From: Antedon mediterranea
Lineage: Eukaryota; Animalia; Echinodermata
Direction: 5' to 3'
Length of the DNA: 64,000 bases
Assembly (NCBI RefSeq): GCF_964355755.1
Contig: NC_092670.1
Coordinates: forward strand, 4,144,201 to 4,208,200
Position numbers and translations under genes: made by a program
Part shown: positions 1-13,525 of the stretch, one piece after another
Numbering within the stretch: position 1 is the first letter of the stretch
Layout of the letters: every line of letters begins with the position of its first letter
The notes under the pieces: model-generated
The model's database searches: none
The model's input: only the letters and a program-made list of their open reading frames with translations
Told to the model about the DNA's origin: nothing

Positions 1-945
1 TCATAAAAACATAATTGTCATCTAATATGAGACTTGTTTTTTTTTTCTGGCCTGGTGCCAAAAGAGTATTTGGAATATCAATGTTTATTATGTTGGCTAT
101 CTTTTCCAATTATTATATTAACTAGAGGGCACTTTAAAAGTGCATAACAATAATTTTTTTTAATTCATAAATCATGTCGTAAGACATCCACTAATCTTTT
201 TCTGGTTATGGAGTTGTACGCTGTGTACGATATGACAACATAATTTTCCTTTATGTGCTTGATCATTTACTTACAGTATAAACTCATGTAGGTTTTGAAT
301 GTGATAGCACAATGACAAATGGCGGCAGCTTGCAAAATGTTAGCCCTATTTTCAGTGTCGTAACAGCTAGGAGCACTCACTGGCTAAACCCAGCCTCCCA
401 GCTTATGGGGACCCCTGAGTAGTGGCCAGAGAAAAAAAGACATTAAAATATGTCGAACTTAAAAGGCTAAAAATGCCACCGTTGGAGGGCCACTTAAGGT
501 TCCTAAATCAGGGGCCTCTGCATTACTTTCACATTTACTTCTGGATAAATCAATGATGTTTTAAATTATGCGCAAAATAGAGTGTGGTACTTTTGAAATT
601 ATCAATGCTACTAATGTCCAAGTTGTATTGCAAAACCAATAAACATCATAAGGCCTTATAATTTGAATATTTCTTAATAATTACCACTCATTGATATTGA
701 GTGCCAGGCCTTATAATATTCTGATTCATTCCAAATCTAATATATTGCAGCTCAAGAAATATTATAAATTAATATGCGGTATATGCCGTGTTAATGTTAC
801 CAATAATGGATTTATCTCGCGTATTTGTCTTATTTTGAATAATTGTGTTGTTAAAGATAATTCTATTGATCTCTTTTTTGACCGTTATAATTGTTTTTGC
901 AATAAAATTAGTAAAATGGTATAACTTTGTTTTATATAGGTCTTA

Positions 946-976
<31 letters not shown>

Positions 977-978
<2 letters not shown>

Positions 979-1350
979 AAAATTTAAGTTTCAATATTAA
1001 CCACCATTTAAGTTGTTTTTTAGTCTCATTCCAAAATTGTTTATATCTCTACCAAGCTACCTTCTTTGTTTTCTACTCTTATTCAGACTCCACCCTGGCT
1101 CCCTTTGTTATATTTCTTTTATTCCTGTCCACCCAGGCAGCACTTGCCAGCTTTATACTATGACGTTATCCAAATTCCTTCACTTGCACTGATGAAGGGC
1201 TAGTGTTGCCCGAAAGCTCTGCTAACTTTTCTGGCTGTTTACTTTATCGTTTTGATTTAGCTTTTCGCTTTTTATTTTTGTATCTCCATTGAGATCCAGC
1301 CTCTGATACCCACAGCATTGTCATTTTTTTCAGTGATTTGCCTTTGGATT
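977..1350 (+). mobile_element. Probable Penelope-like retroelement pseudo-LTR fragment inserted in a (TA)n microsatellite
   Basis: Segment flanked by (TA)n runs at about 948-976 and 1351-1362 and carrying the hammerhead motif typical of Penelope pLTRs. No ORF remains. Confidence 0.5.
1186..1222 (+). ncRNA. Minimal type I hammerhead ribozyme motif (Penelope-like-element type)
   Basis: gca-CTGATGA-a-GGGC-tagtgtt-GCCC-GAA-AGCT-C-tgc: catalytic boxes CUGAUGA and GAAA, helix II GGGC/GCCC, palindromic AGCU helix III, helix I gca/ugc. Confidence 0.65.
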
Positions 1351-3064
1351 TATATATATATATTTTATTCCATTCTGTAAGTGGCAGGTTTGCCGCTGTT
1401 GAATGAGATTGTAAATAAATAAATAAATATGCGATTGCTACTAATATTTTACTAGAGTAATTGACATACTTTGTTTAGTGGTATGGTTTTAGACATTCGG
1501 GTACTGTTCAAGATTATTATTTGATAGATCTGAAGTTAATTAATGTAATCAACTACAAACACATCTTAAAACTTAATAGTAAGAAGATATTCTTAAAACA
1601 TAAACTTTGTTTTTTGTTCAACTGACAACTCGTCGCAGCCAAATCTGAGAAGTACACCAAAAAACTTAAGCTTCATTTGTCTTTGAAATATTTTACACCA
1701 GAAGAATAAGATTTTATCCATTTTCACAAAGTCAATCTAAATATCAACACCAGGGTTATTAAAGCCTGTTGTAATAATATGTTAATAACAATCTCCAGGT
1801 TACGCCAGTTTGCGGTGTTAGTAAAAAAGTGATTCAAGTCAAATTTCCAGTGTTGAGCCAATAAAGAAAAGGGTACAACAAGATATCAACAAACATTGGT
1901 ACACTTAATAAAGGTAATTTATGCCTACCAAAACATACCAACTGTGGTGTTTATTTTATTGTCAAGCCTTTGGTTAGAGCTGCACTTTTACAAATCAGGA
2001 TGTTTCTGTTTAGCAGTCTACTTTTTTCTTTTTTATGGAACGTATCCAAATTACTACCGGATTCATTTATTTTGATTTATAATTCGCAATGTTTTCCCTT
2101 TTCAATCATGTAATGTTGGACCAGGAAGCTTTTCCTGTTATCAAAATTCTTGTTGTATCATTATTGCTGAGCAGTTTGGAGTCAAAATGTATACTAAAGT
2201 GATTTAATAGTGAGCGATGCTCAGATAAGGCAACATTAAATAAATCATGTTTACCTTCTAGAATCTTTACTGAAAAGTTGTACATACAGTACTTTTTCTA
2301 CTGATTTTTACCACCTAATAAAATCCTAATTTTATTATTAATTATTTATTGAGGTGGATTATTATTTATTGACAATTAAAATTAAGTGTTTTCTGATTGT
2401 ATGGTTGTCGATATTGAAAACACCCAAACAATGTAAGGATGCTTTGTAGTTTATAAAATTTGGTACAAATGTTGTTGTTGACCGGCAACCAAAATGTACA
2501 AAAATTACAATTTGACATTTATATTATGATATTATTGGTATTCAAAGGCACTGATTAAATGCCATAAATAGAACATTTCAATCTCTCTTAAAGATTCAAT
2601 TCCCACAGGATATTCCAAAATAAATCATTGCATATTAAAGAACATGAAAAAATGTTTGACCACAAAAAAATGTCATATGAGTAATTAAAAGTTTTTTTAG
2701 AATCAAATAAGATATTATACCAAGGTGTCTTATGTCTGTTTACAAGAGGTGTATATAAGATTGTTAATATTGAAGCCAATAAATCATTAACACACTTAAT
2801 TATTTACGATTTATGCCAACCAAAACACACTAACTTTGGTGTTTATTTAAAGTGCCAATCTTAGTTAACATTGCACTTTACTACAAACAATGTAACTTGG
2901 TCAATAAAATGATATTACTAGCAAATTTAAACCCAGTGGGGTGATTCCAAATAGTACTCAAATAGTACTCTAACCATGTTCCTTCCCTCCTTACATGTCC
3001 ATTTTTAAAGATATTGTCCAAAAATTGGATCAAAGAAAAAATTATTTACCTGAAAAAACTGTCA

Positions 3065-3354
3065 ACTAAAAAGCCACTCCGAGAGTGCATACTTCCGCCT
3101 ACTGTAAAATTCTCCTACTTAAGATTTTTCCGGGAAAATATATATATTTGTGTGTGTCTTAATGCTGTTTGTGATTTTTTAACACTAGCAGTTCTGAAAA
3201 GTATATTAAAACTTGGTCCAGAATTGGGACCATGGTCCCAAAATTTAATGGAATATGGTCCTTGACCACATATCTATCTGTATATTCATTCATTTTGGTA
3301 ATTACTTTTTGAGTAATCCTGCTAACAAACAAACAATATCTCCTTGGCGGAGGT
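3065..3354 (+). mobile_element. Helentron-associated (DINE-1-like) non-autonomous element, copy 1
   Basis: Homologous to 35476-36078 (aagccactccgagagtgcatac..., gagtaatcctgctaacaaac). Subterminal inverted pair cttccgcc/ggcggagg and 3' hairpin ctccttggcggag. Confidence 0.55.
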
Positions 3355-5035
3355 TAATTGCAAATAGTTGAATTGACTTGAAGTCAATGGGTTTTTGGTA
3401 AAGATTTAACTGTTCATGTCTTTTATAAAGTGAAATCATTATTTTTTTTTAAATTGTGGATAGGGGATAACTTTATAAACACTGTAAAATGGGCTATTAA
3501 AATTCTAATTTTATAAATCTTTATTTTTTATGATTTTAAGTGGAAAAAAAATGTTTTATTCAATTATACTATATATAGATTGGTTTTATTTTAATACCCT
3601 GTAAAATTTATAAATTTTTGATACGTGGAAATTACTGGATTGATATAATTGTTTTTCAGCAGAATCGGGCTCTAAATATGAATGATAGTAAAAACCAATA
3701 AAATAAAAAAGTTGGTCATTGTTTGTGGCTAACCACAACTTTTCTACACTTGTATTTTTATTTCCCCTGAGGTATGAGGTGTAATTATAATTTCTCATTA
3801 CATATCTGTTGCCATTTCCTTTATTGCATCACCTATACAATGATGAAGTTGACATAACTATTCATAAAAAATTAACACACAAAAATATACACAGTATAAC
3901 AAAAACAATCAAGTTAACAAATAAAACAAAAATTAACAAGCTCATGTAATTCTTTACTTTTACAGACCAGATTTTGCCTTAAAAGAATACATTTATGTTT
4001 TATGAAAGCATGTCCAAATTTGTTATTGGTTTGGAAAAATGGGATATCAATCAATCAATATCATAATCATCAAATTCTAAAAAACAAACTTCTTTCTGCA
4101 ATAGTACTTCTTGGAACGGAAATGGAATTCCTAGAATGCTATTCGATTCTGGAATTACCACTGATGGGTTTTGTGGTTTCATAAAGGAAGTAGTACAATA
4201 AGGAAATCCTTTTATTAAATATTATTTTATGTGAGTAATCTATGCTATTGCTACTACAAATGCCGAAATCAGAGAAGTTTCTGTGGTATATGCCACTGAA
4301 ATAATTTAGAAACATAGATATTCATATTTCAAGCATTGACGTAATCTGCTTAAAAATTGGAGCTGCTGTCGGACTTTCCCAGTTTATATTATGTTAGATA
4401 GACGCTTTTTAAACATCTGCAGGTAGAAAATAGGCGTAATTTTCAGTAAAATTTTTATTTTTATAAATTCATATGAAATAGGACGGATAGTCATTTTAAA
4501 TAAATTTTCTAGGACTTTAAAACATCAAAACTAAAAATCAAATTGTGCTTATAATGGCATATACATATAAAATGGCATAACTTGTCAGCAGTCAATTATA
4601 TAATCATTATTTTGAAAATTGTTCTGAAAACCTTCAACTGAATCCAACAGAGAACTTGAACTCAAGAATCATTATTCCAAGGACTTTAATCAGTAAATAA
4701 TATTGAAGATGTGACTAATGCTGCCACAAACAGCTTATTCTTAAGTTTTTGCTGATAAAAACAGCTCAATGTAAATCCATACTGGAATGTTTTGCTAGGT
4801 GCTTACCCCTATTTTACCCATTGGTATGCAGTTATTGACCTTCTATGGGTGGTCCTCTTCTTTGTTCTGGGTACAACAACATTTAATAGAATCAAAACAA
4901 TAATAAATAAAGCGTTTGATGGGTGTTTAAAATTGTAGTTTAGTTTTAATTATTTGCCTTTAGCTCTGGAACTCTGTAAATAAAACTTTTCTTAATTCAG
5001 TTTATAAACCCTTTAAAAATTGTTCATAAACTCTG

Positions 5036-5260
5036 TTCCGACTCACAACTCCAATTTTCCGACTTGCAACTCACATTTTCAAACTCACAACTCGCATTTT
5101 CCGACTCGCAAGTTGCATTTTCCAACCAGCAAATCGCATTGCCTGACTCGCAACTCGCATTCTCCGACTCACAACTCACTTTTTCCAAACTTGTAACTAG
5201 CATTTTTTATGTCTCATTCTCCGACTCGTTACTCGCATTTTTCGAATCGCAACTTGCATT
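5036..5260. repeat. Degenerate 21-bp tandem repeat (about 10 copies, consensus tttccgactcgcaactcgcat)
   Basis: Visible periodicity; it explains the 7-aa repeat in ORF 5064-5363. Confidence 0.85.
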
Positions 5261-6261
5261 AGTAACGCACTCCCCTCATGATATGTATTTTCTTGCTAAA
5301 CAGCAGTGCTTTAGGACTCAGCTGTGTAGTTACTTTATAGATAACAACAAATTATTTTGTTAGATATTATGCAAATTATAAAATGCTACTTTTGCGCAAA
5401 CAATTTTAAAATGTTGTCATCGCTTACTTTTTAAACGGTTTATTTATTTACATAGTTTCTAAGTACTGTATATTCCTTTGTTCATATGTACTAATTGATA
5501 TGCTAATTTAGTGTCCAAAGTTATGTATGTGGGTTGCATTTAATTGGTATTAGTATTACAGTTTATTTTTAACTATTATATTTTTATACTCATATTTTTT
5601 TATATTGTATGTTTAATTGTTTTAAGGATGCACCATTATTATGTGTGCCGCTGTTCAAAAACCGTTTTCCAAATAAATTATTATTATTATTATTAGATTT
5701 AAGGGTGTTGTCTCTGTTGCCAACAATATGTCAATTGAATTTATTCCAGATTTCACTCACATATGACAGACAAAAAGGGTTTGAACGATAAGGTATTGAA
5801 ACATTGTATGATGATAGATGCCAAAGTAACCTCATACAATAGTATTCCATTGCAATTTGTCCAAATTTTTTTTATAAATTTTGACATCAATATGAAACAA
5901 CCAACACAATTTCGGCATAGTCACGCGTACCTTTCACTAGGTACCTATTTTGTGATTGTTATTGGTTATAAACAAAAAGTTGAGGAATGTAAAAAATCTG
6001 GCTGACAAATTGGAATAACTGTGTTTATCTGTTGACTGATTATTATCACAAATTATGTTCTGTACAGAAAACATGATAATGATGATTGGCAGCGATATTT
6101 CTTTTCGTACCCCTCATGAAACGTCACAAAATAAACATGAATATTCATTAGTCATAAGAATTGAGCTAACTACCACTCGCTAATGTATTAGTCATATTTA
6201 TAAGGGACGTAACAATTGAGCAACTACAATTCGCTAATGCAAACGAAACACTTTCTGTCGA

Positions 6262-6340
6262 GCTGTCTGTGTAGTCAAATGGATTAGATTATGGCCTTTA
6301 CATGTCGATGTATGGGGTTCGAATCCCATGAGCAACTTCT
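6262..6340 (+). mobile_element. tRNA-derived SINE head / tRNA pseudogene
   Basis: A-box-like gtagtcaaatgg and B-box ggttcgaatccc at tRNA spacing, but the stems are poorly paired. Confidence 0.45.
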
Positions 6341-7202
6341 TTTTATTTTATAGTCAGAGAGATTATTTAGAGGGTTAGGTTTAGTATATTACGAGTAGCT
6401 ATCTTTCACCTAAGGAGTCCCCAACTTATGTACGAAAAAAAAATCGCTGACTGGCAGATATTATTCCAAAATTTACCATGACATTGTTTAGTCATTATTT
6501 ACAGTAGGCCCTACATGAAAATGATCCAACTAAAATGATCCTTCGTGACCCACAATATAACATGTGATGAACAATATGAACACCTGTTGATGTTTTGACA
6601 CTGGTACACAATTGAAAATAAAAAATGAACCGCTAATTGTTATAAGTTTGGTTTTGTTATCCCTAGGGGAAAAAACTAATGTATTAGATTAGAATTGCTT
6701 TCTCAGACTTTCTTTTTACTTCAGTATTTTCTTAAATGGTAATAAGGTCAAAATAGAAATGGGGGTGGAGGATGGTTACCCTAAACCTGCTACTAGATGA
6801 TGAACATGGTCTCTGTTTCATTTGTGCATTTCAACTCCATGTGAATATCACCAGCTTTCTTAAAATGATTTTAACATTTACAGTAAAACGTGTATTTTAA
6901 GAACGTTTAGTTTACAAATCATAGTATTTACGAATGGGTTGTGACATCATCAACAAACAAATAAAAGGTTTAAATAATTGATTTCTGGTTTCAAAGTAAA
7001 GTTCAAATTGATCCGTATCAATACTATTTTATTTTTTAAAAGCATTTTATTTTGTACATTCTGCATCCTAATATTTTATTGTTTTTTTTTAAACTTGTAT
7101 ATTGTTTTAAAATGCACCGTTTTTCCTTTTTTCATGTACTGTAATACTGTTTACAAAAGTGAAGATTGTAGTTTTTTATAACCATTCGTTTATTTTCTCC
7201 AG

Positions 7203-10200
7203 ACACTGGATCGCCTGAAGCAGTCGGCAACAGGTTCTAGGCGTAGAGTGTTCGTTGTGGAGACAATGGGAGGTTTCTGTGGTTACTTAGCAACAATGAG
7301 TGGTTTGGCTGCAGGAGCAGATGCAGCCTATATCTTTGAGGAACCATTTACTATTAAAGATCTTGAGGTAAGCTATTATATATGTGAAATAAATAGATTC
7401 TTTGAAAAAACTTCAAACCAGTTTTGGTAGTTGGTTATCTGCATCAAGGGTTGGGACTAAAACCTTGTGATTGTCACGCAATAGGGCATTAGCCTTATGT
7501 TATTGTCATGAAATTCAGTTATTTTCCACTGAATTTCCTGTCTCAGTTCTAGAAAACGATATTATAACCATATACACATATGTAATATGTCTAAGTATAA
7601 TATATCTGATTGTTAGTTTGTTGGTCATTTATGTGTAACAACGTCAAATTTATAGTATTATCACACAATACTAGAGTTGTTTAACAGAGTCAATTTGTTT
7701 ATTGCATTGCGGTTTAACATATATTTCCTTTTCAATAGAAACTGGCCTAAAGTAACTTTATTATTTTACCAGAACATGAAAAACATAAATAATAGCAAAA
7801 CAAACAAAAATAAAAAAACATTAACAACAACAAATATTGTAACTTCTGTCTAAAAATGAAACGTTGAATTATGAATATTTATATGAAATTGTTCTTGACA
7901 GGGAGATGTGCAGCACATGAAAGCAAAGATAAAAGACAATATTTTGCGGGGGATTGTTCTCAGGTTAGTAAGTTAAATTGTATAAAACAGACATAAAAAA
8001 CAATTAAAATGTAATTACTTATAGAAATTGTTTAAATACTGTTACAAATAACTATTAATTTTCATGGATTTCAGAAATGAAAAAGCAAACAACAACTTTA
8101 CAACTACGTTTATTGAACATTTGTTTCAAGAAGAAGGAAAGGACGTATATGTATGTCGCCAAAATGTTCTTGGTCATGTTCAGCAGGTGAGTAGGGGTTT
8201 AGAATGTAAATTGATTATAATTACAATCAACTGATTACTTACCAGCTAGTTATAGTGGGAGGGTGGATAAACAATCAATTATTTTGTTTGCCAATACAAA
8301 TCAAATTTAATTGTTAGAATTATTCTTCTTTCTTATTGAATTATTAACATATTATTGTTGTTAGATCAAATTCTTTATGACCAATTTTTTTTTGTGACAG
8401 GAGTCAAACATTGATTAACGAAAGCTAATTTTTGGCTCCTTTTCGCATATTGTACTGTATTATATGTGAATAAAGTTGAATGAAAGAAGCAGTTTTATCA
8501 CAGAATATATTTGTATATTATTTATATTAATTTTGAATTATTCAGCACTATTATAAATTGTATAGCAAGAAAACATTATTCAGTTTTGAAAATTATATTT
8601 TATTTATGTCATGTTGCAGATTCAAGTATTAACATTTGTACGTGTAATTTTTCTTTGCAGGGTGGTGCACCGTCGCCATTTGATCGTAATTTAGGAACAA
8701 AGTTGGCAGTTAAAGCAGCAAACTTTTTAATAGAACAGATTGAGGAGAACAAAAAAGATAATAGTAAGTGACAGTAATACATGCAATCTTAATACATTTA
8801 TATGTTCCCTTTACAAGATTAACTAGAAATCAATTTTTTATTTCAATAGCTGGACCTAAACTATGGAACGATCTCCCTGTTAAAATAAAACTTTCTGTAT
8901 CTTTAATTACTCTTTAAAAATCTGTAAAACGCTACCTATTAGCCATTTAAACAACATACTTTTGTTATGCTCTATATTTTTTCTCTTTTGTTTTTGACTT
9001 ATATTTTGTTTATTGTTTTATCATGCTTTTTCTTTTATGTATTTCTGCATACTTGTTTTGTAGGGGCCCTCATGAGACAAGCTTATGCTTCTAGTGCGGG
9101 CCCCAGTTGTTGTCATTTTAATAATAACTGAATAAATGTATATGAACTGAACTGAACTGAGATCAGTACTGTACCTATTCTGATAATAATACAAAAAGAA
9201 ACCTTTCCAGCAATTGTTGACGTTTTGTAAAAATAATGCATATTAATTTAAAAGCAAACCAGGACATTCATAGTTTTAAAATGTAAGCCTACATCCTATG
9301 GTTAATTGTGATTGAAAAAAAGAACAAATTTACCTTGGATGTAGTTCGCAGTTTTTTCATATTTTTTTCATTACCTAGATGCTAGTAGTATGTTCTTCTC
9401 ATAGTAACGTACGAGAATCGTACCTTTAGAGCTATAGATAGACCTAGCCTCACATTCTCTCCTTGCTGAATTCTCCTTTTTTGGCAGTATCCATTAATAC
9501 AAATCAGGGAAGACCCTGAAAAATTGACAGTTCTTTAATTTATTTTTTTTAAACATGCATCAAAAGAAAAATAGAAATACCATTCTGTTTGCGATGCATG
9601 TCGGTATTATAGCGAACTGCCTAAAATATTAGAATCAACGTACTTACTTTTCATCAAACATTTTTCCATTTCAAAAGAAATAATACACTATTGTAAGGAT
9701 CATAGGGGTCATTTCCAGACATAGCAATATAAGCAGTGCTCCCACGGGCTATAGCTTATATTTCAACCTCTATGAATTCAATGCATTCAAACAGCAAAAT
9801 ATGAACAGTATATCATTTTGTGTTAATAGAAATTTTAATAGAAATTGCTTGTAGATTTAGTTATATGTCTTGGGTCTCACTAACAAGTGTATTTTGTTTT
9901 GGGTTTCCCACAAAAGACCACTTTCAATTTTGACCTCTGTGATATCATAATGCAACGCACTTGTTTGGCTACTCTGTATGCATAATCATAAAACTTCCTT
10001 GCGATCTGTGTGAAAACACCTTCTCAACCGTGACGAGTTGTAAACAATCCTAATTAGGATCATGCATAATGCATACTCTTGGTTTGAAATCTTTGTTTAC
10101 TTTCGCTCGTGACGATTTTCCAGACGAAATGTAATCAAACTAATTTACCTGTTATTGTTAATTACGTAAAATTTTTGTTTTTGGCATGCATAATCATAAA

Positions 10201-13200
10201 ACTTCCTCACGATCTGTGTGAAAACACCTTCTCAACATTGACGATCGAGTTGTAAACAATCCAAATTAGCATATGCAATTAAATGCATACTTGTGGTTTG
10301 AAATCGTTGTTTACTTTAGCTCGTGACGATTTTTCAGACGAAATGTAATCAAACTATTTTTACCTGTTAATTACGTAAACTTGTTGTTTTTGGCTCGAAT
10401 TTTTGACTTAAAGTGAATAACTTTAATATTACTTTGATATGGCCAATTAAAATTTAGAATATTTTGACTTTCATTTTTTTGTGTTTCAAGGGACAATACA
10501 TCTTTAATGTACTGCCACCTGTCACATAGTATACAAATAATGAATGAAGACGTTTTTTTTTTTCGTACACAAAAATGTTTCAAAAAGTACTATTTAACGA
10601 TCGTTGAATAGTGCGTACTATTGCACGCCATGTGACCCACATTCGTCCAATCAAATGACAGGAATTTATTTAGGTGTTATATACCGTACTGACGCGGGTA
10701 TAAGCCCATACTCGGGTATAAGCCCACCCCCGACTTTTGACTAATTTTCATGAAAAATGAGGCACTCGGGTATAAGCCCACCCATTAATTCGAAGATCTA
10801 CAGTGTGTGTCGTAATACATTATTTTGCATTTGGCGACGTCCATACACCGAATATACCTACCTTTGATGATAACCAAGCTAGGCTAATATACGCTAGGCC
10901 ATATGAGGCCTAGCGGTCCTGTTTTGTTTACACTCCATCGCGGTCGAAGATCGCTTCACACACGACGCTACAAGTCGCCAAAACGGAAAACCACTATTTG
11001 GTATCGGCTGCCATAAACAAGCTTATTAAATTTCTTTGGTACATTTCTATTTAACGAACATTGTATACTTGCTTTTCTGCTTGATAAATTCTTGTTAAAT
11101 TGATGTTTAAAATAAGATATTCTACGATAAATTACACGAACTAATTTTCCGACACTCTACACCTCGTGTATTTAGAGGCAACGTCGTACACGTGAGGGCG
11201 CTCGCTCGCATGGTGGAATACACAGTGTACATATGCTGTTTTTGACGATCTGCATTTTTGGATCCTCGGGTATAAGCCCACCCCCCAAACTTGACGTGAT
11301 TTCATGTTCGAGGGGGGTGGGCTTATACCCGCGTCAGTACGGTAATATCCTTTATCTGATTTGGTGTATGTACATTTCCCCAGGTTCTTAAAGCCATAAC
11401 AATGATCATTTTAATTCCTGGGAGCACTTTAACAATCTCAATATCTTCTCAAGGTTCAAGGTTCCATAAATTCAATAATAGAATTCTCATTAATCTTCCC
11501 AGGTACTGCACTTATATAGACTACTGACCTGTTTCTACTGAAAATGAATAACAATAATTTCACAATCCTTTTTTAAATTTAATATTTGGGTAGTACACCT
11601 GTTAAAAAAAAATTGTTGTTTTTGTTTGTGTTTTATAACATACTACTGTAACTGAGCAATATTTGGCATACAAATTATAATAGCCATGTCATCGTTTATT
11701 CAAAATTAAGTTATTTATTTATTCTTTTTTTATTCAGATACCGTGTACACTAAATCTGAAAAGTCTGCTGTGATTGTTGGAATTTGCAAACGTGAAACCA
11801 AGTTCACGCCAGTTAATTATCTACAAAAAGCAACAGATTTTAAGTAAGTATATTCTGTTATTATGTGTTATAACATGGGTTCAAGGATGTAGCCAATCAG
11901 ACACGCTGAAATGAGTCACGTGTGCGCTCTTTATATATTATCCACTGGAGTGCAAAAATTGCGCAGAAAAAAAGCATGTAAATCGTATTTCAGAATACCG
12001 ATCGCTACTAGACCGACAGTCCATTGGACGGTACCAGCTAGTATAATATATTTAAACTAATGGTGATTTAATAGCCCCATTGAGGCTACCCTAGATGCTA
12101 GGTGCTCATGCCAATTCTACTCATCAATTTAGCTTATGGGTGAATTTTTCATCTTAAAAGATAGAAATCAAAGTTTATTTTTATAAGTTAAAAGTGTAAC
12201 TTGCGTATATCATCATCATTGGTATTTTAATATAGCATGTCCTCATGAGAACTAGCATTAGGTGTTAAGACTTTTTTTGATTAGAGCATAATTCTACATT
12301 TCTACTGTAGGCTATATGTAACTATATTATACCAGTAGTTGAATATCAGAGATCCCAAGTTTTAAAACTTTAAAAGTAACAACCTGTCTTCCAAGCTGTG
12401 ATTGGAGCGTATTACAACCACTAATGTAGAAAACGCCAGCTAATGTCGGAATAACTGTTAATGTAAATCAATCCACCACCAATGTAGTAAAACCTCCAGC
12501 TTACAGTGTGTGTAAAAGTAAAGATTTATGTAGTAAATATAAAATTAACGCAGGAATGTAGCATGGTCAACAGCTAATGTAGAATGTAGTAACGAAAATG
12601 GCCTCACAGACATTATGCATTATTATTATTAATTCTTTATACTGGGTAACCTCTTCAGTCAAAGACTGTTCTCCCAGAGGGCCCATGTATAGTACTATGA
12701 TGAGTTTGTGACAGTGGCTGTGTGTGAACTACAGTAGTACACTGGGGTAAACCCCTACTTGATCAAAAGATTTACTAGGTTCTTTAAAGTGCACATGAGG
12801 TAGATGTGTATACTGGACCTACGGTTTATAGTCCTTATCCGAGAAGACTCGTTATACCACCAGAACCATGGAGCGAGTGAGCCACGAATCCCTGACAAGG
12901 CCACTCACTTGCTCTACAGCAAATGTAGAAAACAGAATATATTTTACAAACTTAAATCTAAATTTGTGCAATTCCATCTCTTTGAACTATAGTTTTCATT
13001 TCAAATCTCATATCACAATTGTGTTTAGTTGAGAAAGTTGAACTAGCTCTGTGTACAGACACTTCTTATAACAGACATTGGTTGAAAGCCTGTTTTTGTC
13101 TATCTATATATCTATATATCTTCATTTGGTACCACCTCTCACAAGTGACTAAAAACATTCAATTTTCAGACATCGTATTCCTGAGAAACAGTGGTGGATG

Positions 13201-13290
13201 AAACTAAGACCACTATTAAGAATATTAGCAAAACATGAGAGTACATATGAGGCTGACTGTGAAGAAGTATTCAACAACCACATGACTTAA
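7203..13290 (+). CDS. PFK: ATP-dependent 6-phosphofructokinase, 3' part (last six coding exons; 5' exons lie upstream of the window)
   Basis: Exons 7203-7367, 7902-7963, 8075-8186, 8661-8763, 11738-11843, 13170-13290, all AG/GT bounded and phase-compatible. Spliced translation gives eukaryotic PFK C-half motifs: [88 protein letters not shown], then stop TAA at 13288-13290. Confidence 0.95.
8815..9160 (+). mobile_element. 3' end fragment of a CR1/L2-group LINE
   Basis: Translates [16 protein letters not shown], the typical ORF2 C-terminal GPxLWNxLP motif. It is followed by a 3' UTR with a gggccc-closed stem, aataaa and a (gaact)n tail. Confidence 0.6.
9978..10394. repeat. Direct tandem duplication with a period of about 208 bp
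   Basis: atgcataatcataaaacttcct...gatctgtgtgaaaacaccttctcaac begins at 9978 and again at 10186. Confidence 0.9.
10684..11342. mobile_element. Tc1/mariner-superfamily non-autonomous element (MITE), 659 bp
   Basis: Perfect TIR ccgtactgacgcgggtataagccca / tgggcttatacccgcgtcagtacgg, TA on both sides (10682-83, 11343-44), and internal repeats of cgggtataagccca. Confidence 0.9.
12636..12850 (-). mobile_element. SINE with a Deu-domain-like core, copy 1
   Basis: Reverse-complement homolog of 33493-33681. The core tcttctcggataagg..aaac..taggtcc..tttaaagaacc..gtaggggttaccccggtgt resembles the Deu domain of AmnSINE1/DeuSINEs (recalled, not searched). Confidence 0.6.
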
Positions 13291-13401
13291 GTAGCAAGAT
13301 TACATTCTCTACTTGTTGGTGCTTTGATTATAGATGAAGTTTGTTAAAAACTCTTCATTAATTGTGATTTTAGTAGTGGAAAAAGCAACATTTGTACATA
13401 A

Positions 13402-13525
13402 AGCTCTGTCTACACTATCAAACTTTATGTGACAAAAAAATGTGATGTGCCCATATTATATGGACACGATGATGTCATATCACTACCATATTTGGGCACA
13501 CTAATTTCATAGTGTGGACAGAGCT
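13402..13525. mobile_element. PIF/Harbinger-type MITE family B, in the PFK 3' UTR region
   Basis: TIR agctctgtctacactat / atagtgtggacagagct with TWA flanks. Related copies lie at about 15286-15392 and 34465-34665. Confidence 0.75.

Noticed and set aside
5064-5363. 99-aa ORF with heptad-like repeats
   Set aside because: It is the translation of a 21-bp tandem repeat in an intron and starts at a non-ATG codon.
6262-6340. Functional tRNA gene
   Set aside because: A and B boxes are present but the acceptor and anticodon stems do not pair convincingly. The same applies to the tRNA-like heads at about 31105, 32081 and 52648, which continue into SINE bodies.
1-7202. Additional upstream PFK exons
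   Set aside because: No frame with the expected preceding motif (PATxSNNVPG...DTALN) was found, so the region is treated as one long intron. Very short exons could have been missed.
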